From: Macrostomum lignano
Taxonomy: Eukaryota
Direction: 5' to 3'
NCBI GenBank assembly: GCA_002269645.1
Contig: NIVC01000255.1
Span: 1 to 64,000, forward strand
DNA: 64,000 nucleotides
How positions within the stretch are numbered: the stretch's first letter is position 1; each line of letters begins with the position of its first letter. The translations under genes were made by a program, and so were the position numbers. The notes under the pieces were generated by a model that was not told where the DNA came from, searched no databases, and was given only the letters and a program-made list of their open reading frames with translations. Positions 48,464 to 60,372 of the stretch are shown here, piece after piece.

Positions 48464-49067
48464 ATATATATGATAGCTACGAACATACTCACCAGGATGC
48501 GTGAAATTGGAGTTCATTAAATAATCAGGGACATTGTGACGCTTGTCTTTACAAAGGTGTTATACAGCGAAGTGAATATAACAAAAAAGAAGACTAATAT
48601 TCAATGGGGATGCAGCATATAAATTTAAATATAATGCAAATGCCTTTTAAATGTCGGATGCACCTAGTCATTAATTAAGCATGCAGCTTTTCGTTTCAGC
48701 ATTTTGTATATTTTCAAAAAGAAAATATTGAATGTGCAGTATGTGGAGATACATGTACCGACGTAGATATATGTAGGTACGTTTATATAGAAGAACTGAC
48801 TACATGCAGAAAAAACTGGTCATTTCGTCAACTGTTAATCAGGCCATTCCGCAAATTTGGTCATTTCGTCAACCAATTTGACGACATGACCAGCACCCAA
48901 AAAAATTGGTTAATTGCAGGTTGCAGCCAGTTACAACAAATTAACATAGTATCCGCGCATTTTGCACTCTCGCATTTCATCCCCGGGCTGATGCACTTCG
49001 TCCCCAACCATTGCATTTCGTCCCCAAGTTCTAACGGACCAGACGCAGTTTGATGTAGATGGCGATG

Positions 49068-49068
<1 letters not shown>

Positions 49069-49119
<51 letters not shown>
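49069..49119. repeat. (TA)n microsatellite
   Basis: Direct reading. Confidence 0.95.
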
Positions 49120-49122
<3 letters not shown>

Positions 49123-50398
49123 CCTGCCTTCATTATATATTATACTTTCATTACATTGGGGTATACTTGACAATTGGCCACCAGTTGGATTGCATCAGTT
49201 GCCCAGCCTATTTTTTTCAACTTGTCCCCATCAATGTGATGTCAGTGCCAATGTAGTTGGGGGAACAAACCTATATATGTATCTATCTGTCTCAAATACT
49301 ATTCATTGCTGCCTTCATTCCCTATTCAGGCCTATTGGAATAAATGCCTTTTTTGCATCTGGCTATCTGCTTCACTTTTTAGACAAGAGCACTTGGTGGT
49401 ATGCCACACCATGCTAGAGAAGACAATGCACAGTGTAGAGTCACTGACCATGTATAACATACTGTAGCATGCCATGCGGTGTGCCTGCCATGTCACTCTT
49501 GAAATGTGATACTGAATTGGCTATCTGCCCATTTGAGACTTAATTTCAATAGGGACTTCATAGACTATTTAACTTTTCAATTGTACTTTCAATTTTTTGC
49601 AAAATTTCCCTTTTCTCTATATACATGTTAAATGCAAAAACATTATGTTTTTCTTAAGTACACATTATGCATAAGAACAAAAAATAATGAAGGCATTAAG
49701 ACATACACAATGCATCCTGTAGCAAAAATGTGCCATATTGTTTTTTAATCACACTTGGCATACAATATGTTACATGTCTATTTCATAGGAAATCAAGTCT
49801 ATTCAAATCAAGTTCTGAGTGCAAATACCTGTTCCTTTCAATCAGCAGGCAGACGTGAAGACCTGCCTTGGAGGCTTCTTGCCCTGGCAAGAAGTAATGT
49901 TCAACTTACCTTTCAACCTTGCCAAAAAGAACTCGCCATGTTGATGTTGACCTGCTAATGTGGAAAAGGACTTCTATTTTAGTCTCTTGTGCCACACTGC
50001 CACATAACTGAGTCACATTGGCCATTGGCCCAGGCCCTTGTGTAAATTCAGAGGGATGTACATGTATGAACTTACCTGTCAGATTCTATCCAATTTTACA
50101 ACTTAATTTGGTCTGCAACCATTTATACTAGCTAGAGCAGCTAGGTTAGCTGACAGTTGCATATGAATAGGTTATATAAATATTGTCTGCCATTGTCATT
50201 GACATTGCATTGTAACTCTTCTTGGTCATTGCACAATTTTTGCAGCTGTTCATGGTGTCCATTCTATTTGCAAAGCAAAATTTTGATTTAGCTCAAGGAT
50301 TATTCTAGGCATGGCCTAGACTTGTCAATAAATGTACACTGGTGGTAATGAAGTCAACTAATAATAAATATCGATTCTCAATCTCTTAATCCCGACCT

Positions 50399-53300
50399 AT
50401 GTCCAGGGCGCTCACTTCCCAAGAAGTAAAGGCCTCAGGAGCGGCCATAAGCCTCTCGGCTGCAGAAGCCTTAGTGGATGCCACCCTTTCCGTAATAACT
50501 GGAGGCTGTGCAGCTACCCACTACAAGGAAACGGTGTCGCTTTTGCACCGCCGTGGCGTCTTGGTGGGCGACTTTCAGCATGGCCGCCAAGCGTGCATCT
50601 CCATTTGGGAAGCCGCAGACAAGCACTTTGTCGAGAAAATCGTTACGCAGCTGAAGAAGCCACTGCCATCCACGTCGCTGGCGCCATTCTGGTGCCTAAT
50701 GGCCGACAAAAGTACGCCAGCCCGAAGCTCCAACCAGGTATGTTGTAGTCTCGTAGATATCCGTCTAGCACTCAAGCACTGGACACATGAATTGTGCCGA
50801 AATTTGCCGGAAGTACAATTTATTTGCACCCTTGACCCTTACAAATTCCGTAATCCCCCACAACCCTGGTAAGGCCGTGCTGGTCTGCGCCTACGGTTCG
50901 GATGGCATCCGGACCTCCTATTTGGTCGGGGCACCGGCTGTGTATCACCCAGCAGACTGCAGCCTGTCGGGTGGGACTGCTGCGTTACTCGCCACGTGAG
51001 TAGAGTCTCATAAATTTATATATGAGTAATTAAGTTCAAGAGTTAATTATAATTACGAAAGACAGTAGTATATGTTGTAGTTGTATTGCTGCCTCTGAGT
51101 CTCTCCATTGTCTAGGCTCCATTGTTAGGCTTTCCCCGCTCCTTGTCAAATATCAGGTCCGCCATACGAGCCGTTCAGGACGCTGGGCTGCACCTGCGCC
51201 AGTGTGCCGGGCTGTCCGCCGATGGCCAGTATGTGCAGCAATCGTTTAATGCTGTCTTCAATGCCAGGATTAGTGCCGCAGACGCAGAGCCAGAGCAGAC
51301 TGAGGCAGCGGCAGCGGATGCCGCCAATTTCAGTGACGGTGACTGTGAAGGCCGCGATCGCGAGATTCGTGACGGCGCTGACTGGCTTGATGCGGGCAAC
51401 CACAATCTGGACGGCCAGATACAGATCGACCAGGGCTTTTTTGGCGTAGTCTGGGACCCGGCCCACTGGATGGACCTCGCTGTTCGCGACGCCTTGAAGT
51501 CTAGTACAGCGTTTCAACGAGTCGTCCAGGCATTTCGTTGGCTTCGCCGCAAAGTCCAGCGCGGCAAAATTGCCGTGGCCGCCGACCAATTCGCAGCTAT
51601 GCTGGAGGACCGGCCTGCTTGAAAGAGCCAGTCCTTCAGCACAATGCGTTTTGCATCGTCGAATTTTTCAATGGTCACAAAGACGCTCACTGAGCTGAAG
51701 ATATGGCTTGCCACGCTGGCTGCATCCAAGCTGCCACGAAAGGATCAGCATGTTCTGGCGTATTTGAAGTCAGCGCCGTTCATCGTCGAGCTGCTGGTCG
51801 TCCGCGACGTGCTGAAGCCCTTCAGCTCAGTTATGCTGAGGGCGCAGAACTTGCAGCTTCCTGCCTGGCACATTGTGGGCGATCTTTCGTATCTGGCAGT
51901 GCAGCTTGAAAGGTGAGAAAAAGTCAGTGTTATTCAAGTCCCCTCCCTTCTCTCTTCTCGGAAAGAAAACGAAACTTTCATTATGACCACTTTAAAAAAA
52001 CAACTCCTGAGTGGACAGAGCGGTATACTTTTATATTGAACAGAAAAGCATCTGTATGATTTAAAGCAGAATTGGACTATGGGAGAGCCTACAAACTACA
52101 AAATATGATATAGGTAAAACAAACATCAAATGTCAATAAAGTAAGCAAGCATGAAATTATAACAAGCTATATTTAAATTCTAAGAAAATTCCGGTCCAAT
52201 TGTCTTAAATGTACTTATTATGTTCTTTAATAATGTCGCATCACTTTACCAGGCTAAAGCAGGCACTGGGTGCGCTTTCCGATGGCCTGGCCCCTGGTGG
52301 AGTCCCTAGCGCTAGCGGCAGCGGGCAGGGCGACTGTAGTCGAAGCCAGCAGCGGGTCGAGCACGAGCCACAGCCACTGCTGCCGGTGGAGTCACAGCTT
52401 CGGGATAAGCTGCCAAGTCTGCGCAACGGCATGTACGATGGGATGGAGGTTGCGGCATCAGCAGCCAGCCCCTTTCGGGTCCAATCATTGGAGCCTGACG
52501 ACTCGGACTAGTCCAACAATGACGATGATGACATCCAGGTTAGAGATATGGAGATTGTTCCCCGCATTTTTTTACAATTAGAATCATGAATTGAAGCCAA
52601 GCCACAATGGCTTTTTTGGATATGTTAAAACTGTCAACAGACTATTAAACTGTTAGACAGTAGACACTCAATAGACTATTAGACTTCATGATGGAGGCTG
52701 AAGAGAGATGTAGAGGGATTCGGGGAGGAAGATAAGAGACACGGAAACCTTTTGGAAATTGGAAAAAAATAAAATTTGAAATCAATTTCTGAACCCTCCC
52801 TAAAATTCCCCTAAATCAGGTCGTACGACATGATCCGGCCAGTGCCAGCATACCGTCGAGATAGCCCTGAAGGCATCGCTGCAGGTGGTTAGTGATGTGG
52901 CCAATGCCCTCAGTCGCCGCAGTGCAATGGCTATGCCAGCGTTTGTTTACAGGTTGGAGGCGGCCTTTGGCTTGGTTGGCTATCTTTGAGCCCTCTGTGG
53001 CCGTCGTCGCCAACAGACAGTGCAGCTACGTTTTGAGGCTGCATTCCAAGTGCACGGAAAAGCTGCTTTCTGTGGGGCAGTCGAATCTGCTATGACTCGA
53101 CAGCAGCTTCGACAAATGTTTGGCGCCAATGCTGGCTCACGTCTGCATGCAGCCTGGCGTGAAGGGCTTTATGCCATGGTGTGGGCCGAGGACAGCCACT
53201 GCCGAAAGGTCATCTTTGGCAGCGACTGCCTGGATTCGCCACTACGTGCCCTCTCCACCACGACTGACAATCAGTTTAGCCTCGACTTCGGGCTACCTAG

Positions 53301-53697
53301 CGGGCCCGTAGTTAGTAAGGTGCGGGAGGAGGCTTTCTGCGCTGCCATGTTTAGCAACCCAGCTGTTTATCAGCTTTTCGGCACCTCCATGTGTGCGCTG
53401 TACGACTGGGCACTGGCAAAGCGCGGGCCGGAAGTGGAGGTCGAGAGTGTTTACTCGGCTATGGATTGCCACTGTCAGCAAGGGGCACTCCAGCTGGACA
53501 AAACCCTGGAGCTACGGACTCGGCTGGCATGGCACCTCCCTCTATCAGGGGCATCGATGCCGGGGACCATCACGGCGATTGCCAGCAAGTGGCTGAAGAC
53601 TCATCAGGTGCTTCGAAAAAGCAGTCGCAGCACAACCCAGAAGCAGCAGGTGCTTCGGCGACTGGCGGCAACAAAGCGCCGGGTCAACGTTGATTGA
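50399..53697 (+). pseudogene. Divergent hAT-like DDE transposase, multi-exon, decayed
   Basis: Phase-compatible exons about 50407-50737, 50875-50995, 51157-51912, 52253-52537 and 52820-53697. Motifs CLMADKST (D), LSADGQY (D), WDPAHWMDLA (CxxH position), FSTMRF (TRW position), GPEVEVESVYSAM (E). Stops at 51620, 52509 and 52986 plus a frameshift. Termini not found. Confidence 0.72.
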
Positions 53698-54242
53698 TGC
53701 GAGCCATTGACTGACTAATTGAACCAAATCACTGATCCTGGGGACTGGCCCTGGCGCGGTATGGGTAGATGTCTGGCGCAGGAAAGGGGGGCGTCCAGCG
53801 CAGTTCAGACCTTGGCTGCAATAGGGCTGTACATTTATTCTTAAATTTTTTATTCTTACTTTTGTGACTTTAATCTTCATTGATACTAACTACAAATTTT
53901 GCATCCTTTCTTTATTCTAAAGGTAACTTATCAACTAATTGTGCTTTAACTTTACTAAAAATTGCTACTACTAATTTTTGTGACCTATTAACTAACTCTG
54001 CTTTACTAAAAAAGGTACGCTAATTGTGCCTTATATGTCATTTTTTTAGCATTTTTCTTGTAGATTATTCTGAATTAGTGCTTTGCAAAATAAAATTGAG
54101 AGTTTTTTTCTATTCTCAAAATAGAGGTACCATAAAATAGAATTTTAATCCTCAGACCACAATTATTCTATTTTTATCCTTATATAGATCATCTAGGTGC
54201 AACACGAAGCCAATCTAGCTGTCTAGCAAGGGGCCTAGCCAA

Positions 54243-54340
54243 GGTAAGTTGCAAAAATGCCCATTAAATTAGTACTCTAAATTAGGAAAGGAGTACTAAT
54301 TAGATGACGAGGTATTTCTTCCTGCCATTTACCCAAAACA
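54243..54340 (+). repeat. Fragment related to the interior of the 43597-43862 MITE
   Basis: Shares GGTAAGT(T/C)GCAAAAATGCCCA, GGAGTACTAATTAGATGACGAGG and CCTGCC.TTTACCCAAAA. Confidence 0.7.
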
Positions 54341-56515
54341 TTGGTACCATTATTGGAGTTGTGGTAAGATCTAGCATGAGATCATTGTTTCCTTGTGTTT
54401 ATATGCCATTTTAGATACGAAAACAGAAGAAAAAGAAAGTCCATTTGCTTTTATCCATCTGAAATATATGTTGAGGGTACATTTGGAAAAACATGTTTCT
54501 GTGAGATTTTGCTAAAGGAAAATAAAAAAGTATGTATATATCATGTTTTACATAAAATTTTGATGGGAGTCATGTGGAAGTCAATATAAACAATGGTTGA
54601 AAACAAAAGATGAAACTTTCAAACAGAAAATTTATAAAGAAAAAAATTTTTTAACTAATATTAATAAATATTTTTTATAGAATTTAATATTCTTTTTCTG
54701 AATATTTACTTTGTTTGACTCAGTATCAATTTGTTACTTCAAATTTCAAAATCTACATATGTTCATTTTTGACTTTTTGATCACATAAGGATTTTTTTGA
54801 AATAATAACAAACTTTGATACCATATAGCTTTCTTGTTATTGCACCCATTATTATAGCTAGGGGGTCCAGTGAGAAAATTTTTTTTCTGAATTCTTAACT
54901 TTTAACTATGCCATTTTGTAGATCTGGATGTTCTGATTGAAATGACACCAAGGTTTTGAAAATTGGTTCAGTAATAAAAAAGTTATTGAGGTTTTTCTTC
55001 TGAAAAAATGCATCTTTTTTCGTATCTCAAATACACTAGAAACTGTGCTGTTTTTGGAGGAAAAATCATGTTTTTCGCAGTAAAATCTGTATAACATTTT
55101 TTTTTTCAACCAATCTTGGTGCTTTTGGTGTCATTTTGTAGCATTTTGTTTCCACTTTTTGATCCTGTATTCTGATGTGTACATGTGTTGCTGGAATTAA
55201 TGCACTTTAGTGGAGATTGGCAAAAATTTGTTAAATACTATTTTTCCCGGGATATATTACTTTTACTTATTTAGGGTATATCTCCATAATTCCTGAACCA
55301 ATCTTATTGTTTTTGGTGTCATTTTGTAGCTCTTTGTTGCCACTTGTGGATCTTATATTCTACTAGGCACATATGCTGCTAGGGTGTATGGAATTCAGTG
55401 GAAATGGGAGAAAATAAGTAAATAACTAATTATCCCAGGCCCAGGCCCAGGGTATAGTCTTTTTTTTAGTATAGCCAATATAGGTATATCTCCATTTACC
55501 TTATCATATTGATTATTGCCCTTCAAATGGTTTCAAATGGCTTTTTTGACATTAGCAGTATTAGTAGAATGAATTAGTAACTTTTACTAAAATGACACAA
55601 AGTCACAACATATCCCCATTTGGCCATTTCCATGACCATGCCCATGGCATGGGCCATGACACTACATGACATTTCAGCCTTTGCATAGCTTCTGGTCATC
55701 ATGGCTAGTCCTAATTCTGAGCCTGAGCTTCAGGCTGAGCCCAAGCCCAAGGGGACTGAGGCAGGGCAGGAGACAAGGGTCACTAACGGTCTCATGCTTG
55801 CCACCCTGGAAACCGCCATGGACGCAAAGTTGCCCACCACTGAGATCTGGGACTCCTTGGCAGAGTGTATAGATTTGCCAAGTGAGACAAGCTCGGACGG
55901 CCTCAGGCTTCTCCATCGTGTGGTGCTGAAGCTGAAGGCGAAGTCGCGGGACCTGCAGCGGTCAAGGGTGCGCGAGGAGGCTGCTGGCAAGAAGAGTGCC
56001 TGGTCCAGCTTCATGGAGGCTGCTTTCGTCTGTCCTGGTGGAGTGATGGCGACTGCAACCCAGGCGCTGCCCATTCCTCGCACACCAGTCGGCCGAGCGT
56101 CCTCTTCTGCTGCTGCTGCTGCTGCCACGTCCCCTGAGGAGCAACGGGGCGTAGAGGCTGGGCTCCGAACGTCTGTGGCGGACCTGCGGGCCCAGCTGGC
56201 AAGCTCAGAGCAGACTGTGTGGAAGCTGCGTGCCGAGGTCTCTCAGCGCCCACTGCGGAAGGTCTGGGTGCAGCGGGTCCGGCGTCTTCAGGACCGACTG
56301 CAAGCAGCTCGGCAGCATGCGCGGATCAAGACCCAGGTGCTGCTGGCCATGCGTGATGCCAAGCAGTCTCAGAAGCGTCGCCAGGTTGCCCGGGCAGAAG
56401 CTGCTGCGGCGCAGCGCATCCGCGACCTTCAGGCAAAACTGCGCCAGATGCACGATATGTTGTCTACCGCAAACAGTCGCGTAAGAGGCATTGAATATAA
56501 ATAATGTGTAGCTAT

Positions 56516-56575
56516 TGAGACAGACAGACAGAGACAGACAGACAGACAGACAGAGAAACAGACAGACACAGACAA
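56516..56575. repeat. (GACA)n in transposase intron 1
   Basis: Direct reading; a (CACC)n tract similarly fills intron 2 (about 57048-57107). Confidence 0.9.
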
Positions 56576-59564
56576 AAGAAATATTCTTTGTGTCATTCAT
56601 TCAACTTCCACTTCGAATCCAACCCTTATTCCTAACACCTAACAGATCCAGTATCTCCAGGACTACATCTGTGCCAGCCAGACGCATGTGCTCCAGACGC
56701 ACGAGCCGCGCCCTACCAGTGGACAACAGTACACCAACAGGGTCATCTCCACGTGCATGGACCTGGTGCTCAAGTGCCACGTCCCTGGACGAGCCGTCCG
56801 CGACACCGTCAGGACTGTCGTGGAGGACCTCTGCGAGTCGCGGATCGTCGACAAGCTGCCATCGGACTCGCTGATCAGCGCGGTCACGTACGGCGTGGGC
56901 AACAGTCTCGCCAAGGCGAAGGCCATGGAGAGCATCCTGCTCGCGGCCGGGACTGACCAGCCGCTGACGCTGATGACCGACGCCACTAGCAAGAAGGGCA
57001 ACCACTGGAATGTCCTGCAGGTTAGTTTTAATTGTAGTGAGAATGACACCCACCCACCTACCCACTCACCCACCCACCCACCTACCCACTCACCCACCCA
57101 CCCACTCAGGCCGACACTGGCGACGGCACGGTGGCGCTGACGCTGCGACAGGTCGAGGGCGGCACTGCTCAGATGTACGCCCGCGAGATGGATACATCCA
57201 TCGACCGTCTCGTCGACGCCTATTGCGACATCGTGAAGCCGGGGGAAGATGGCGCGGAGGCTAGGCGCGAGATGAAGCGCAACCTCTTCGTCCGCGTCAA
57301 CTTCCTGATGACGGACCGGCACGTGGTCAATAAGTGCCTGCTGGTCCTGCTCAACGAGATGCGGGACACTATGATGTCCAACGACGGCCTGCCTCCTCCT
57401 GAGAAGGTGGTTGCAGTGTACTGTGCAATGCACCTTATCGTCAACCTGGCTGCTGCGATGGAGAGCGGCCTGCGCGACTGGGAGGGCTGCGTTTCGGCCG
57501 CGCCGCTAGGGGCTGCAGCTGTCCCCGGTTTCAAGACCGCCAAGGCGGAGTCCGGTAAGTTTTCAATGTCCGGGGGATCTCTGGGGCTTTGGGGGATAGA
57601 GACTTAACATGTGCCATTTCCCGTCCATTCTTCCCTGTAAACAGGCACTCAGCGGCTGATCAGGACTGTCAGCAAAGCCTTCCATCGACTGGGGAACGAG
57701 CAGTGCGGCGTTGCCGTTCCGTTCGAGGTCTACTTGCAGTCGCGCGGGGCGAAGCCGTTCCAGATGGAGGACTTCCGGGGCAACCAGGCGTACGTAATCT
57801 TCCCTAACGGTGGCCACGTGTTCGCCCAGCAGAAGCTACTGACAGCCTTCCTGCAGGAGTACCCCTGCAGCAACCGACTACTCGTTGCCGTGCAGAACGA
57901 CCTGGCGTCCGACATCCTCCTCACCGGCTGTCGCGCGTTGGGCGTCATCGACTTCCTGGTCGTCAGGTGAGGCTGGAACGAGGTTTGTCGTTGAAAGGGA
58001 GACAAAAAATGAAGAAAAGGAAAAAAATAAAACAATTCCAAACCCTCCAATTCTATCCACAGGCCCTTGTGGCTGCTTCTCCGGAGCCCGAGGTCGGCGG
58101 TGAGCCTCATGGACATGAACAGCCGCTACGAGCAGCTGTGTCAGTGGCTCCAGGACGTGGCCTCGTCGGACGCTGTCCAATTCTCAGCGGACTTCAGCGG
58201 GCCATTTCCTGACCTCGCTGATGCCGTCCTGAAGCCACAGGATGCACGGGACACCTGGGCTGCCCTGACCTCCGACGCCTCGGACCTGGACAAAGATCTC
58301 CTTGGCCAGGCTCTGCAGGTTGCTTCCGCGCACATGCTGGTCCTCGCTCGCCGTGAGGTGATAGATCACCTGCCTGGTGGTGCGCTGCGCAGCCTGCCAA
58401 ACGACCATGCCCGGATGGCCGCCGCTGCGCCAAAGGACAACGTCCCGTACGAGGAGGCCTTCGCCGGGCTTGACAGTATTGTCAGGTCGAAGCCAAACAT
58501 GCGCGACGTGGCCCGCGAGACTTACGTCCTGTTCAAGCAGAACGGCACTAGCGAATGGCTTTGCGAGAAGTCACAGCAGGAGCAGGATGCGATGATGACG
58601 CGCGCACGGCAGATGGCCAAGAAGGTCGAGGCGCAGGCCAAGGCGGATACCCAGGCTATTCGACTGGCGCAGCAGCGCCTGCAGCAGAGCCGGATTGCGC
58701 AGGACCAGCTCAAGAAGGCCACTAAGGAGCGTGTCCTTCGCGACCTGATCAACTCCGTGCACGACTACGGTGGCCTGTGGCTCACGGTGGCTGACATGTG
58801 CCAGCACCTGCAGGACATGCCGGAGCAGCTGCAGGAGCAAGCAGTGACCGCCCAGTTGCAACCACAGATACTATAAACACTAGATAGGCCACTCCAGCTA
58901 ATTTTCACAACACGACAGTTTACTCTACTTTCTGCTTAGTAGTAGTAAAAACATTTTAGCGTTATTTATATTTTTTTAAAATAAAAAAACAGATGAATGC
59001 AATGCAGCAATTGTATTGATTTTTTGCAAAAAGAAACTTATAATTATACTTTCCACAATTCAAAGCAACATTGTGAATGCTTTAGATTGCATAGAAGGCT
59101 ATATTATTGCAGTCTACTATTGTATATTTAGCAAATACGAGCTATATCATATACTCCATAATCCATATTCGTGAAGCAAAATAGAAAGATTTCTCATCTT
59201 AATCAGCTCATCTGTTTGTGAAACTCGCAGCGTGCTGTCGAAGAACAGGGTCGCCAGTCGCCCTTGTTCAGAGGCAGCATTCAGAACGGCCCAACAGATG
59301 AAAAAAACTGGCGAATGCGCCACTTCAAGGTCCAGGGATGTATCCGATGGAGCCAATCCTCAGTGGTTTCGTAACAGGCAGCCGATAAGCAGCAGGACTT
59401 TTGTGGTGCAGCTGCAATGAGCTGCTGATGAGATGACATCCTTTGACCAGAGCACCCCTGACTGCGAGCGCCCTGCCGCCCAGTCGACCGCTGGAAGCTG
59501 CGCTAGCCACGCCTCCACAGTCCATGGATGCACGACTGCGCTGCACTTGCCTTGACCATCGAGA

Positions 59565-59826
59565 GTTGCCGCTGCAGCCGCTTGATTTGCCTGTCGCTTT
59601 CGGGATTGCCGCTGCAGCCGCTTGATTTGCCTGTCGCTTTCGGGATTGCCGCTGCAGCCGCTTGATTTGCCTGTCGCTTTCGGGATTGCCGCTGCAGCCG
59701 CTTGATTTGCCTGTCGCTTTCGGGATTGCCGCTGCAGCCGCTTGATTCGCCTGTCACTTTCGGGATTGCCGCTGCAGCCGCTTGATTCGCCTGTCACTTT
59801 CGGGATCGTTGCTGCAGCCGCTTGAT
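59565..59826. repeat. 40-bp tandem repeat, about 6.5 copies
   Basis: GCCGCTGCAGCCGCTTGATTTGCCTGTCGCTTTCGGGATT at 59568, 59608, 59648, and so on. Confidence 0.95.
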
Positions 59827-60089
59827 CTTTGCCTCTAGCGCTTGGAACCCGCGAATCGGCTGCAGAGGTGAGAGCTTTCAGCCGCAACAGCTGTTCTCGG
59901 CGCAGAATCTGGTAGCCGAAGGTTGCTCTGCCACAGCACTGGCAGCAGGCAAGTCGCAGGCTCGGCTGCAGATAGATTGCTAATTGGCCCCAGCACTGGA
60001 GGGTACATGTCGTCTGCCTCTTCATCGTTTATCAGTCCTTTGCACAGAGGGTAGCTGGTCTATTTGAACGAGCCGAGGCAGCATCAACT

Positions 60090-60372
60090 CTTGGTGTGGG
60101 ATTGCGTCCCAGCGAAAACAGATGTCTTGCACATCCGTGGCACTTTGTAAGGCAGCAGTAGGCCTCGTCCATAAAGTGCAAGCTGAACACACGGAGGCCC
60201 CGTGATTTAATTGTTTATAAAGATCAATATCCACGCTCCTGTAGTAGCTGCTGCCAGCGCTTCGCCAGTGTCATCTTTTGGTAATTTATGCATTCGCAAC
60301 GGATTTTTCTTTCTCGGATGTTAATAGCACTAGTACAAAGCTCGTGCAAGTGGGAGCACAGCAGTGGTTCGA
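60090..60372 (-). pseudogene. Frameshifted THAP zinc-finger domain
   Basis: Across frames: NHCCAPTC ... MHKLPKD ... LAKRWQQLLQER ... VCS/LHFMDEAY ... RWDAIP, i.e. the C2CH, W, HF and AVP hallmarks. Confidence 0.75.

Noticed and set aside
48004-48517. Several Arg/Ala/Pro-rich ORFs on both strands
   Set aside because: Arise from the GC-rich low-complexity tract, which lacks stops; no domain signal.
58861-58876. PQIL* as the natural end of the 55.7-kb transposase
   Set aside because: These codons come from the TIR of the inserted THAP element; the gene resumes at 60916.
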